A stretch of 54,740 bases of DNA, filler included, from Basidioascus undulatus (Eukaryota): NCBI GenBank assembly GCA_000826855.1. It is 5 parts of 5 records of this genome, joined end to end, with 100 filler letters (N's around TTAATTAATTAA, not from the genome) between each part and the next. Parts side by side here need not be neighbours in the genome. Positions count along the whole stretch, not along the records: positions 10,981 to 21,852 come from JTLS01001073.1; positions 21,953 to 32,822 come from JTLS01001074.1; 3 more parts are not named here. One strand, given 5' to 3'. The translations under genes were made by a program, and so were the position numbers. This document shows, one piece after another, positions 11,601 through 24,725 of the stretch; position 1 is the stretch's first letter; the number at the start of each line of letters is the position of its first letter. A model generated the notes under the pieces. The model made no database searches and had not been told where the DNA came from. It worked only from the letters and a program-made list of their open reading frames with translations.

Positions 11601-12266
11601 ATGCCCCCGAACCCGAAAAAGACGACGACCCCCAAGCGCCCCGCTTCGCTCATGCTCCTGAACACGCTCCCGCCCACTCCGCCTACTTCAGCAGAGCTAC
11701 GCACCCCCACCTTGCGCTCGAGCCCGAGTCTGAGTCCGAGTGTCAGCATCTTCCCCCTCGAAGCGTCAGCGTCGAAGAAGGGGGACGACTCGCCGGCGCC
11801 GGCTGCTACGCCGCTCGGGGAGAGGGAAATGGAGAAGGAGAAGAGGCCCGGGTCGGGTGGGAAGAGATGGGAGAAGAAGGAGGATAAGAAGGAGGATCCG
11901 ACGCAGGGCGTGATTCGTCCTCCTCTGACGGAAGGCACGACGTTGAAAGCACCAGGCGAGGATGCGAAGAAGCCGCCGACGTCGCAGGCACGGCAGCGTG
12001 GCTCCAAGCGACTGCCTGTCCAGCCCTCCCCTATCCCCAAGAACCGCGAAGAGAAGCCCCAGGAGCGCGTCCCGGGGAAAATCAACAAGGCGCCTCAGAA
12101 AAAGGAAGAGGACGAGGACGACAACGAGAAGCAGGCGTGGGCGCGTATCGAGCGCGTCGCGGCGGCGCTGGATGACGCTGCTGTGCGGGTGAAGAGGATT
12201 GGGAAGGCACTGGAGCGGAAGGATAAGCTGTTGGAGGTGTTGCTGTTGGAGGTGCGGCGGATGTAG
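11601..12266 (+). CDS. Hypothetical Pro/Lys/Glu-rich disordered protein with C-terminal helix (221 aa)
   Basis: Uninterrupted ORF from ATG 11601 (MPPNPKKTTTPKRP...) with a helical C-terminus AWARIERVAAALDDAAVRVKRIGKALERKDKLLEVLLLEVRRM; no family recognised. Confidence 0.6.
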   Translation: MPPNPKKTTTPKRPASLMLLNTLPPTPPTSAELRTPTLRSSPSLSPSVSIFPLEASASKKGDDSPAPAATPLGEREMEKEKRPGSGGKRWEKKEDKKEDPTQGVIRPPLTEGTTLKAPGEDAKKPPTSQARQRGSKRLPVQPSPIPKNREEKPQERVPGKINKAPQKKEEDEDDNEKQAWARIERVAAALDDAAVRVKRIGKALERKDKLLEVLLLEVRRM

Positions 12267-13489
12267 AGGTATGCGATGCAGTCGGACATGAGCATGAGCA
12301 GGAACGACGCTCGCGATGGGCTCTGAAAGATCAGCTTCACGGGCTCCTAAAAAACTCCCGCCCTTCAATTGATATTTCTAGAATGGTATTTATCTTGATC
12401 TTTTGAGGGCGTGCAAGGATGAATACTCCGGTCGAGGGCGATTGTCGGAGAAGAGAGGGCTGCAGAGGTGAGGCGTGGGTCTGTAATGCGGCGCATTGAG
12501 GAATATCCAATGCATCTTCCCATACATGTGACATATCGAGTACAGTGCAGTAAAATTTCTGAATTTCCGCATTGTTAGGTTTATGACCCTTCACGATCGC
12601 TGCCAGCGTAAGGACACTTCTCCGCTTCGACGACTAGGCGCACACGCATTAAGCATGCTGTTCTGCCTGACGCATCGGATAGAGGACCTGTACTTTGGTA
12701 TTGGGAGATAGTATGGATTCTGTTGTTCAGGATTAAACTTCCCCGAGATTGGAGCAAAGTAATCAACCGACTGTCGAGCTGACGGCGCGGGTTCAGCGGC
12801 TGCTCACTGCGTGCGTGCTTATACGGTGCATGGGACTTATTTAGTTGGGCGTTATGGGATATCCGAGAAAATCTTTACCCTAACTCTAACCAGGCAGACA
12901 GGTGCATGATAGAAAAATGGACGGCCCGGGAGACCTGCACCCTGCCGCCAAGCACTCAGGCTCACAAACTCGACATCCTGCGCTGTTGCTTTTGTTTTCT
13001 GTAAACTCCGTCAATTATGGAGGTAGGTACAAGAAGAGAATATTATCGGTCTTTCTAAATATATTATCAACAATGTGTGCCTAAAATTATCGCTGCTTGT
13101 TGCTTTCGGGTCAAGCCCAGCACGCCAGCACGATCTCCTCCTCGGCGATGGCAGGGCAAAAGACCTGCCGCTTGGAAAGTCAGGTGGGTAGGAAGAAATA
13201 AACGCGATTAACCAATGACTGAGTTTGTGAAGTCGTTCAAACCTTGACAAACACCACAGACACCTGGACTGAGACCACATCCGCTTGAATCGACGCGCCG
13301 CGGCCTGCAGCGCGCCGCGGCCTACAGCTCTGTCGCCGACCACTCCTCTTTATCACTCGCACCGTCAGCACCACCACACACACCCACACCAACTCGAGAA
13401 CTCTCCCCCATGCTAGACTGTTCTCATCCTGACTCCTGCATCGTATTCGCTAACAACCCCAATACCTCATCCCATCGATCGCTGTCGAG

Positions 13490-14850
13490 ATGCAGCTCAT
13501 TCCGGACCCTCTCCCGCTCGACGTTTGGCACTGTGTCGCCGACCACTGCGACGATGTGGCCGACCTCAAAGCTCGGCTTGCGGTCGCTCCGCTCACCTTT
13601 ACGCGGAACATGCACGATGTCGTTTCCCCTCGCGCTTTCGGCACGCTCGTTCTCCGTGTCGATAGATAGCCCGGCACAGATCTCGAACACTTGGTGAGTT
13701 CTACCGTGGATTGCCCGTCAGCCCGTGCTGCTGCGAAGCCACCGGAAAGTCCAGGTTAACTGGGTTGAGCTGTACATTTACGGAGCGGGTGCGCCACTTC
13801 CACGTGTACTTCTTCATCGTGCGTCGCAATCTCTTCTAGTCTCTCAGGGGTGCGCCGTCGATCGCTGATTGCGTGACTCGACTAACAGTCTTGGGTAAAG
13901 TGCTCGGTTCGGGGCCTGAGATTCGCGACTTCACATGGCGCAACGGGTTTTCCGTCGACTGCAGCGTGCCAGAGCACTCTATTCGAAGCATCCCTGCCTC
14001 CCACGAGATTTAAGACTTCGACGACGAGGTGATGCACAGGTCACTCCATTCCAGGCTCATTTCCTCGCACTTCTCGATCGCACCGCTTCATTCGGAGAGC
14101 CTCGTTTCCGAGGATTGCCATGTAACCGCCTCTTCAAACTACCACCATCTAAATTCCATGACTTCGACACCATTACCCCACTTGCGACTGTAGCGGCACT
14201 TCAATCGAGTGCGTGGATGCTGCGCACCCTGGACGGCTTCCACTGTACCTTCAAGCCAGAGATCCTTGTCCTCATGCTCAACAACTTCAAAGCTCTCGAG
14301 GTTCTCACCGGCTCCAACACCTATGCTTGCCCTGATGCAATACCCCTTGCAGTCGAGCTTGACCTGTCCCGCCTCTGAAAACTTGGCTGGGGCACGGTTG
14401 ACGACTGTGCCGTCTTTGCTTGCGTCCTTCCGCAATGCAACTTGCTGGCACTCATGGGCCTTGACTACACCCTCTACAATACCAACCTTTCAGCTGGAAA
14501 TATGTGGTACCACTCGTTCCTTCATTGTCTGGGACCTCAGCTGCGTCGGTTCAACCTGCTGGAGACGGGCGAACAACCCAGGTGTTGTCGGACCATCTGC
14601 CTCATCTCACACAGCTGTCACCGAACCTTGAAGTCTTGGGTGTTTTGGAAGAATACCTTACCAGGAGAACTACAACGCTTTGTACATCCAACTGTCCACA
14701 CGATCGAGCTCGAGGAGGCTCCTGAGCGCTCGCCGACAGAGGAGGACGATGATGTCGGCTAGTATTGCTCAAATCGTTGAGCCGCGAACGTTTGCCCAGG
14801 ATCCGCTCGGTCGTCCTGCAAGGATTATCAGAGGAGGAGCCGTCTGATGT
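13490..14850 (+). pseudogene. Disabled F-box/LRR gene
   Basis: ATG 13490 gives MQLIPDPLPLDVWHCVADHCDDVADLKARLAV (F-box LP-D-W motif). In-frame TAG at 13667-13669 precedes a GTGAGT donor; in-frame TGA at 14376-14378 interrupts LDLSRL*KLGW; a frame change near 14760 leads into LKSLSRERLPRIRSVVLQG. 3' end approximate. Confidence 0.75.
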
Positions 14851-15353
14851 CCGGAACCTTGTGTTCCAGGACTGGTATGATGATGCGACAGGGAACTGAC
14901 TGCGAAGGGGATCACGGTGGAGAGGCAGGCGCGGTGCCGACTTCTGTAATGCTTGCTCATGGGATCCGCTTTATTCAAACCCTATGTGCAAATCTGCCTG
15001 TGGCTGAGCTGAACTGCGTGGACTGTCGAATTTTCGTAGTGGCGCCGCACAGTGAACACGTTGGCGAGGTTCGCGACAGTCAAAACTTCTGCCGCAACTC
15101 AGACCCGTATTCTTGCGCATCCGCTCTATTGACACTGCATAATGTATGAACTAGTCAAAACCGTGCGTAGTGGTGTGGGAAACGCGGTATCAATCTCTTA
15201 CACAGTGGGAGATTGTCTGTTGTCGAAGGCACAGCCTGAAGCGCAATGTAACAGTCAGGCAGTCGCAGTCGCACACAGCGCACTTCTCTCCAAGAGAAGC
15301 TATTCTTCGATACTCCCAACCGACAGTCAAAACTATTTCACCACTCGATATCT

Positions 15354-18310
15354 CTAGCAAAGATCGAACAGCGACACGACGGGGTCATGGTCGCTCTGTG
15401 CCTCCGCCGCGATATCCCGCCCCCAGTTGTTCGCATGCACGATCTCGATCTTGGCGCCCTTCACGAGACGCCCACTCGCAAAGACGTGGTCGATCTGCTG
15501 AGAGTTCTGGTCGTACACGTAGCTGTTCAGAAGGAGAAATGATTAGTAGGATAATATGGCGAACTGGGAAAGGCCGAAGGGCGGAGGCGACGCACGAGTA
15601 CCGCTCGGCGCGATCGGCAGGAAGGACCTCGGTGAGCGTCTCGCTCAGCGTCTGCAAGGGCTGAACGCCTGAGAACTCGTTCAGGTCGCCGACCATGACG
15701 ATACGTGCCTGTAAACGCGTCCCCCAATCGTCAGCGTTTTGCGTCAATGCGAAGTAGCGACGAAGGTCAAGCATCACGCACATCCGGCTCAACAGCCTGC
15801 ACCTGCTTGACGAACTCGCTGACCACGCGCGCCTGCTCAACACGCTGCTGGACCCCGCCGTTCACAGGAGGCTGGAAGCGGTCGTATGGTCCCGAGGATC
15901 CCCCCTTCGAGGCGAAGTGGGCCACGATCGCTGTGATGCGGGGGCCAGTCGGGTCCGAGGCGACCCGGAAGGAAGCGGTGAGGGGCTTGCGTGAGTCCGT
16001 CCAGGCGGGGTTGAGCGGGTCGATGCGCCCTGGCTGGAGCGCGAGGAGTGCACCGCCGGTGGTGGGGTCGCGGGAGACGGTCTGCGCAGTCGTAGCGTCC
16101 CCGACGGTGGAGTTCGAAGGGTCGAGGATGAGACGGTCGGGCCGGTACAAGAACGCAACCCGGATGTTCCCGCCAGGAGCCCCACTGCAGATGAAGGATC
16201 TGGTCAGCATTGATGACATGCATACGAAAGCAAGAAGAGCACCGACGCACCCGTCCTCCTTGTCAACCGGGTCGATCACAAGAGGCTCATACTGGGCGCC
16301 TCCAGCAGCGACTACCGCATCCGCAATAAGCTTGAGCGTCTCGGCGCTCGAGACCTTGCCCGAGTCGGTGTCTCCATCTGTTTATCGCCCGAAACGATCA
16401 CTGCATTTCAGCTCACATCCGAGAACGTCGGCAATGCAAACACCCACCATCGTCCTGGATCTCCTGCAGCCCGAGCAGGTCCGGCTGCTTGAGGAGGTTT
16501 ACGATTTGAGCGCCAATGCGCGTAATGCGCGCCTTGTTGCGCGCCGAGATGTTCTGAGTAGATCGAACGCCGTCCAGTAAGCCTCTGAAACACGCGAAGA
16601 AAAAGTGAGATCCACGAACCTCGACATTGTAGCTGCCGACGCTCACAGCCGAGCACGTCCCGGAGGAAACAAGCGACGTGGGCGGCGGGGTAGGGTCACG
16701 GGGGGACGAGGTGCGCTCCAGCGGGGCCGTAGGGTCTAGACGCGTTCACGGGAACTGGTTGGCATTTATGGGGAGGGAAAGGGGGAATGAGCAGAGACGC
16801 ACAGATCACCGGAAACCCGTAGTTGTATGACACGACTCCCGTGATTTCTTTAAGCGAGTCTCCCATGACGATGCTGAAGCAACAAGGGGTCGTCAGCAAC
16901 GTGTTGAGGTGGAGACCATCCCGATGCGCAGCGAGCAGGCGGAGAGCAAGACGCACTCCTTCGAATGCCGCACGCCGTCCAGCGTGGGCCAGATCCAAAT
17001 GGCCTGTAGGCGCGCTGCGAGCGTCAGAAATTAAATACAGTCTGAGCGCAACATCGACAATCTCACCTCCGGGTTCACATCCCCTACGCACGATCCACAT
17101 TCGCATCAACACCATGCTCGCTTCTGTCGCCCCTTAAACTTGCCACTCACACTGGGACTCCCAGAACTTCCACCACGGCCGCTGGTCGTTCCATGCGAGG
17201 GTGATGCCGCCGCGGGCGTTCGTGCCCGACTCCGCGCCCGCTGCGACGACCCACACCTCGCCGTACGAGTTTGTGCGGCTGACTGCGCGCGGGCTGGGGA
17301 TCGTGACTAGCATACCCTCGAGCGACTCCCAGAAGTCGGCGCCGTACTTCCACGGCTCTAGCAACTTGCGGGAGGACTCGATATCCTGCATACCCATTCC
17401 ATATTGCATCTGGTCAGCTGGTATAGGAGAAAACGCGGGCGAAGCGACCCACGGTCGTGTTTCCCGGGATCGCGAAGGGGTCTTCCACCGCGATGCGCTC
17501 GGTCGGCGGCGAGCGGTCACGCCCGAGGATGATGGGCTTGGGCAGTGCGTTCCCGGAGGAGCGCATAGTAACGTTGGCGCGGGTGATCTCTGTAAGGCGC
17601 AACGAGTCCGAGTCCGTGGAGTACTCCTCGACGCTGCCGGAGACGGAGACGGCGTCGCCTACGGTAGGCTTAGAAGAAGAGGAGCCGGTGAAAACCTGGG
17701 CAGGGAGGAGGAGACGTTTGAGATCGGTCAACTTCAGAACGAAGGGGACTAGGAAAGGTTGCACGCACGAAGACGGCCTCGCTCGTCCGATCATCCGAGT
17801 CGGGCTGAGCAGACTGAACGTAGAAGCCAGTGTCGCTGTAAATTGTACCAGTGACTCGGATTTATCAGAACCAAAAAGATTCCCATGGGCTCACTCTCCA
17901 TTCACTCACGCAACAGCCGTCACGACGCCTTCGACGCCCTCGACCGCCTGCCCAGCAAAGGGCGAGAGGAACCCGCCGCCCTGTACGTCTCGGGGCGTGA
18001 GTGACTTGGAGCTCCCGCTTCCCGGCCAAGACCAGGACGGCACGGGCCAAGCGAGTGTGGACGAAGCGAGGAGGGGCAGCGCGGAGAGCGCCGCCGTGGC
18101 CGTGTTCGAGCAGCGCATGAGTGCGGCGCTGAAGGTGAGCAGACAAAGGAGCGTGAGTCCCAGGGCGGTGCGGCGTACGGCTTTCCGCTTCGGTGGGCGG
18201 TCGAATGGAGGGAGGAGGAGCGCGACCTCGGAGGAAGGAGGGCGGGGGTTTAAGTCGTCCGGGCGAGTCGCTCGCAAGCGGCGGTCAGTGTTGGAGAGCG
18301 GCGCCCGCAT
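15354..18310 (-). CDS. Extracellular endonuclease/exonuclease/phosphatase (EEP, DNase I-like) family nuclease with N-terminal OB-fold-like region
   Basis: Motifs VQGGGFLSPFAGQAVEGVEGVVTA, VGDAVSVSGSVEEY, FWESLEGMLVTI, DVNPE, GSYNVE, LQEIQDD, GGNIRVAFLY, PGRIDP, SRKPL, HFASKGG, GDLNEF, IDHVF, SDHDP. Start is either ATG 18310 or ATG 18118. Confidence 0.92.
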
Positions 18311-18983
18311 GCCGGCAAGAGTTGATATAACTAATCACAGACTCCGTGGCGTTCATAGAGAGTGCAAAATGCGATCGAAAGAGGCAGGTACACGCGAGGG
18401 CAGTGCTTGGCGAGGAGAAGACGTGCAGCGACGAGGCGAAAGATAGCGGCCCTGAGCAGCACGTGCGTGCCTGTTCGCGCAATGTTGCCCTTGATTGCCT
18501 CGAGGCTCGCCCAAAGCGCTCTCCGGTAACTCCGTCTCGCTGAATTCACGGATAACGAGGCGCAAATGAGCGAGGGAGATGAACGGACTCGTCCAAGCTC
18601 GCCGAATCAGGCAGCACGAGCAACAACAGCAAGCATGCGGAGCGGGCGTGGGTCATCAGAGTAACGTTGCATGTGTAGATGCGTAACTCCCACAAGCAAC
18701 CATGGTGCTGGTGCATCGACTCAGCGCTAAAATATCAAGCATCCCAACGACCGACAGCGTCGGTTCACCAACCCCGCAGCGATCAAGACTGTCCCGAATG
18801 CGACGAAACAGCGACCGCACCCACCCTTCACCCATCTCGACTCGACCCGCGCCGGCGCGCCCAATCCCATCCCATCCCACCTCGCCAACTCCGGCCGGCC
18901 GCACGACTGCCGAGCACGACACCGCGTGCCCTCGGAGCGTGCGCGATTCCGGTCCCGCGACCCTTCGCGCACGGGCGCGCCGC

Positions 18984-21721
18984 TCAGAACTCGGTGAACG
19001 CTTGGCTCTGGGTGGCCGAGTACACGCTCTGGGTGTCCAAGTCGGGTGCTTCGTCCTTGTAGTCGAGCGTCGTGGCCGTGCCGAGCTCGCTCGGGGGCGC
19101 GATGCTGCTGGAGAACGAGCCCGCGCGCCTGCGGAGCCTGTCGGACTGGGAGAACGCGACGGAGGGCGGGCCGGCGGCGTGCGGAGGCGCGTCGCGGTGC
19201 GGGTGGTGGCTGCCGACGTCCTGGGAGATGACGGACGAGGCGTAGGATGAGAACGTCGCCGGCTTGATCGACCCGGGCCGGAGAGGGAAGCCGGAGGAGG
19301 CGGTGCGTCCGAAGGAGGGGGGAAGACCGGACGAGTACGTCGCTTGCGACTTGATGGACTGCACGTCCGAGGGGATGTACCCGAGCGGGTCCGAGCGGTA
19401 GAACGCGGCGTCGAAGCCGTTCGTCGCATGCCCTGTCAGCCACCCATCAGTCAATCTTCCAGCCCTTTCCTTGAAACCAACAGAAGTAGAAGGAGAAAGA
19501 GAAATAATCGACGACGAACCGTTCGTGGGCGTGGCCGGCGCGCTGCCGAACGCTTCGCGAGCCGAGACCTCGTGGCGGCGGGTGAGGTCGTTCTTGTTGA
19601 GCGCGCGGCGGGGCTTGGAGAAGCGAATCATGCTCTCCTGGAGGTTGTTGAGCGGGCCCTCGACGAGCGTCTTCTTTTCCTTGAAGTGCACAAGCAAGTG
19701 GTGCCAAAGCGGGTGCTGCCCATCCTCATCGCATCAGCAACTTCGCTTTCTCCCCCCGACCGTTACCGCCACGCCAGCACAACGAACAAACGCACCTTGC
19801 TCAGGACCTTCGGGTTACCCAAAATGACCAAGCCGTACTTGGCACGCGTGAGCGCGACATTGAGACGGCGGGGGTCGGACAAGAAGCCGATGCCCTGGTG
19901 CTCGTTGGAACGGACGCAGGAGAGAATAATGTAGTCCTTCTCGCGGCCCTGGAACGCGTCGACGGACGCGACCTCGACCTGGTTGTAAAGCTCCTTCTTG
20001 AGCGCGCCGTTGAACTGCATGTAGTTGACGATATATGACCGCTGGCCCTCGTACGGCGTCACGATGCCGATCTGCGACGGCACGACGCCCGCCTTGAAGA
20101 ACTTGGTCACGATCTTCTCGCAGTTGGACGCCTCCGTCCTGTACTCCCGTCCTTCCCATCAGCAAGCCTGCCTTTCCTCCAACCTCCCGCACGAACATCT
20201 CCAGTGGAAGAGGGACACTGAAAGGAGGTGGAGGAACGCACCGGTTCAAGAACGACGTCCCACTGCTCGAGATCTCTTCCTGGCCGAGGTTCTGGTAAAA
20301 GAACATGGGCGTGTCCGGTACGGGCCAGGGGAAGTCGACGTTCTTGCGGAGGCGCTCGGGCGCGGTGACGCCGTTCTGGAGCGTGCCCTCGTAGAACATG
20401 TTGGACGGGAACTCGGACAGGCACGGGTGCATGCGGTACTGGACCTGCAGCCGGATCGGCCGGTTGCCGAGCATGACGAGACGCTCGAACAGCGACTGCG
20501 TCAGCCCCGCGCGCGCCGCCTTCTTGTTCATGATCACCGGGCCTGGGGAGAGACGAGCGTCAGAACGCGGCGTGAAACCGGGACGTGACGGAGGGGGAGG
20601 AGGGACTCACCGAGCTGCTGGTGGTCGCCCACCAGGACGGCCTGCTTGCAGCCGAGGACGAGGGGGATCATGCATTCTGTTCGCCGCGCCCGTCCGATCA
20701 GTCACCGTCGAGCTCTCCCGCTCTCCACCACGCCCACTCACCCGGCTCCGCCGCCTGCGTGGCCTCATCAATAAGCACCGTCCTGAACTTGAACTTGCTC
20801 AAGCGCGGGTCTCCCGTCCCGACGCAAGTGCAGCAGATGACGTCGGCAGCGTTCAAGATCTCCTTCTCGCACGCGCGCGTGAGGGCCTTGTACTTGCGCT
20901 CGTCGCCCGACGAAAGCTCGCCCTGCTCATTCTTGAGCTGGATGAGCTTCTGGAGCTCGACGTGCGCGACGCTATTCGCGACCTGCTCGTGCAGTGTGAG
21001 GAAGCTGATGGGCGAGTCGAGCGCCTCGCGCGACTTGGCCGTCAGCCGCACGACCTTCAGCCCCGTCGTGTGGATCTTCTCGCAGAGCTGGTCGACGGCG
21101 ACGTTCGACGGCGCGCAGACGAGGACTTGGCCCGGGTTCATCTTGGCGAGATGGTAGACGATCGACGCGGACGTCACGGTCTTGCCGGTACCGGGCGGGC
21201 CCTGTGTGCGGCGACGTCATCCATGGTGCCCTCTACCTTGTCTTTGCCTTCTCCTTAGACGCACCTGGATCAGGCTGAGCGGCTTCTGTAGCACGCTCTT
21301 GACGGCGTACATCTGCGAGTGGTTGAGTTCGGGCAAGCCGGGCGCCGAAAAGCTTTGAAAAGGTCACTTCCCTCCATCAGCAACTGCCCATCGTCTTCCT
21401 GCGCTCCTCAATTAACCCACAACGCACCGTTTCGGCATCTGCGTCCTAAGCACCTGCGGCTCGAGCTCGTGCCCAAGGAGTTTGTGGTACTGTTCCCGAC
21501 CGCACCTCATCAGCCCCTCCCTCTTGTCAATCTCGAAGAGATGGAACGACGCACGATGTACCCGCTCACGCTCTGCTCGTCGACCGCAAACGTCTTCATC
21601 GCGAGCTGCATGCGGTCGAAGCTCGTGCTTTTCCACACAAAGTCCGCCGCGAAGCCGTGCGTGACGTCCGTGGGGCACCCGTCCGCGCGGCGCAGCTCGA
21701 GCGCGATCTCGTCTGAGACGT
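18984..21721 (-). CDS. UPF1: UPF1/NAM7 NMD RNA helicase, 5' part missing at contig end
   Basis: [108 protein letters not shown]. Confidence 0.98.
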
Positions 21722-21852
21722 CTGATCACCCAAAAGCCGCCACACAAACCCCACATCATCCCCATTAGCTTCATACTCCCAAGCCCGAAAGATCCCCCAC
21801 TCCCCGAGCCCGGAAGAGAGGAATGGGGGGAGGGGGAGGGGGGAGGGAGAGT

Positions 21853-21952
21853 NNNNNNNNNNNNNNNNNNNNNNNNNNNNNNNNNNNNNNNNNNNNTTAA
21901 TTAATTAANNNNNNNNNNNNNNNNNNNNNNNNNNNNNNNNNNNNNNNNNNNN
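21853..21952. other. Artificial contig linker
   Basis: N44-TTAATTAATTAA-N44. Confidence 0.99.
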
Positions 21953-22012
21953 CGGGGGTGGCGGGGGGGGCGTGGCATGCGATGTCGCCGTGTGTAAACA
22001 CAAATAAAATGT

Positions 22013-24108
22013 TCATAGAACACAATCAGGCAGCTTGATTTCCTTTAGCCTCTTATCGTTGGTGACTGCGAAAAGCGAACAAGTCAGATTTAGGCCAAGC
22101 TGCACAAACGGCGTAAACGGAGCCCGTACAGAGACCCCAGTGTCCCTCTACACCGCCATACAAGGGGACCTGGGGCAATTATATCAGTTTAGGTTGAAAT
22201 AGAAGACCTGTTGGCATAGAGAAAGATGTCGAAGCGTACCTTCCAGTCTTCATCGAACATCTGCCGCAGTGTCTTTCACAATGAGCCGACGCAACCACGC
22301 TTGCAACATGTAGGGCACACTCACCTCGAAGTAATAGTATTGATATCCTTTCTGGTTGGATTCGCAGACGAAAGTGTCCAGGAACGTTTGCAAGTTGGGT
22401 ATGGAGGCTGACGCATTGCCCGCACTGTACGAAGTCCGCTCAGCACACCAAGGTGTGTGGAGGCTTCGGAGGGTTGTGCGTACTTGTACATATGTTCGGC
22501 GTCCTCCGAGCCCTGAGAGGTATAACTGTAAGGTAGGCAACCAAACACGCCATGGAATTTCAAGGCTCACCGATGGCCATCCGACTTCGGCGATGTACAA
22601 GGCTGGGTCATTCTTGAGACCCATAGTCGGCTTCTTGACGAAGTTTTCGAAGAATTGCCAAGTCCAAGCACTGAGGATTACCAGCCACGAATGTCAGTGC
22701 ACATCGCGTAGCGAACCCTGCACATCGCTTTAGACTTACGCTGCTCCGTCCACCGGCGTCCCCGCGAACCAGGGGTGTGTATTGGCCGCGACGAAGTCCG
22801 CACCTTCCGCGAGCTCCGGCGTCACCAGGCTCGCTGCGTCGGAGGTACCGACTGGAATACCCAAACCCATATCCTTCAGCATTGACCGCACGTCTGCCAT
22901 TTTCTTGATCAGGTTGTCCCGAGCAGCGACTGCCGTGGGGTTGTTGGCGTCTCGGAGCGGGGGATTTAGTGCCGAAATTTGATTCAGGATGTCTGTAATA
23001 GCATGAACAGGATTATCAGTATGGAATTATACGCTATGAAACAAGAGAGACGTGCATTCGTTCCCGACTGCGATGCCCATGATATGATCCGTGCCATAAG
23101 CTATCAGAGCGTCTCGAATCGCTTGTCTCTGGCGAATGTAGGCATCCTCCTCGTTGGTGACGTCTAGTGGACTGTTTCAGCGAAAAACCTGTCAAGAGCG
23201 AAAGAGGCACTCACAGACAGCAATAATTATGTCGAGGTCCACTTTCGTTCGGTGTATCGCCTCGAGGACCAGGGCAGTTTGGTTGCAGTCTGGAAGGAAA
23301 CAGTCCATTTTCCATGGGTCATGTTATGGCAGTACCAGGGATACTCTGTGGGTCTTTTTTCATATGAAAGTAAAACGCACCGGCCCCATAAAGTCGAACT
23401 CTGGGGGTGACCTGCGCCAGAAGTTGGACGCTTGGTGCAAAGGGAGAGCGTCAGCTGCACATCGCTACTCCTGTTGGAACAAGATAGGAATGCTCACTCT
23501 TCGGTGACGTTGGCCTGTGTTGCACCGCATTCAGGCATGAGAGCACCTCTCGCCGTGTAGCTGCTCGACCGTCCCACCTTCTGTTCAGTGTGCCAGAGTG
23601 CGTGTACTGTTCAGCTTTCCCTCACTCACGCAAAGCCCCAGAAAGCCCGCTTCAGCCTATCATCCTTCTCGAAGATACTCCAGTCTCCTGGATTGCTTTT
23701 GACCGCTCGAGCCGTCCCGTCGATGTACACGAGATCGCGATTTCCTCCTCCAGGGGCCGTCTTGTTTCCTCCCCCGTTCGGCCCATCGTTTGTCGTGCCG
23801 CCAGATGTGTCGGTAGGGCCCCCACTGTTTCCGTCCGTCGACGACCTATTGGAGCTCCCATTGTCTTCGGCCGAGTATAGAACGCCGAGTGCTATCGCTG
23901 CTGCCAGGAGGGCTACCATCGCGAAAACCAGTACGGCCAACAACCCTCGGTGCCGTCTGACCCAGGAGCGCCGAGGAGGTGGCCGGGGTGACTCGTAGTA
24001 ATAAGTATTATCGACAGGGGTTCCGGTCCGGAGCTGGCTGATCTCGCGTGGAGGTGGTTCAAAGGAGAAGTCCAGGTACTCCTTCGATGGCGAAAACGGT
24101 GAAGGCAT
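22013..24108 (-). CDS. Glycoside hydrolase family 17 beta-1,3-glucanase/transglucosylase with type II membrane anchor (BtgC-like)
   Basis: TM segment LLAVLVFAMVALLAAAIALGVLY, a G/S/T/N linker, then AFWGFAYT..GALMPECGATQANVTED, PRVRLYG, DCNQTALVLEAI, AEVGWPS, LQTFLDTFVC, YYYFEMFDEDWK, GVEGHWGLF. Confidence 0.93.
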
Positions 24109-24725
24109 TGCCGAGACAGTTCCGGGTCCACAGAGCCCGAGGAGATGTGTGAGGCTATATCCAGCAGGCCACAACGGCAAGATTGAGAAGGTCGTCGGAT
24201 GAGGGGATTAGGGAAGAAAGCGTCGAAAGCTCGGCGGAACCTGACCAACAGGTCGAGCAAGCCAAGCGGGGCGCCACGGCTCAGAAAAACCAGCTAGCCT
24301 GGACGAGACTGAGAATCACCCGGACAAACACTGCTACTGAGTTGGTCCAAATCAGCAAGATATTTCAGGTATCCGGCGTCCATAATTGCCTGCGTTCCGC
24401 CCATCGACACGATTAACAGCGCTGTGTGAATCGATCTGAGGAGCAACTGTAGTCCAGCATGTCCACTATATGGCATGCCATGCTTGGAGGGCTCTTCTTC
24501 TAGCATTCCTGAGGATCTCAGAGATGTTTTCTTGGCTTACTTGACTTAAAACAGAGTAGGGCGCTTGAGCGAAATCGCACCCAGGACTGCCTGTTGAGCA
24601 ACTTTCCAGGTTCTCGATGCGGTCCCTCAGCGCGTCGGCGCTCCCCCCCCCTGCAAGTTCACCTCTCGCTCTCGGGACTTCGCCACAGAACCTGGAGCGC
24701 CCACTGTTACGCCTCACTCACCGCC

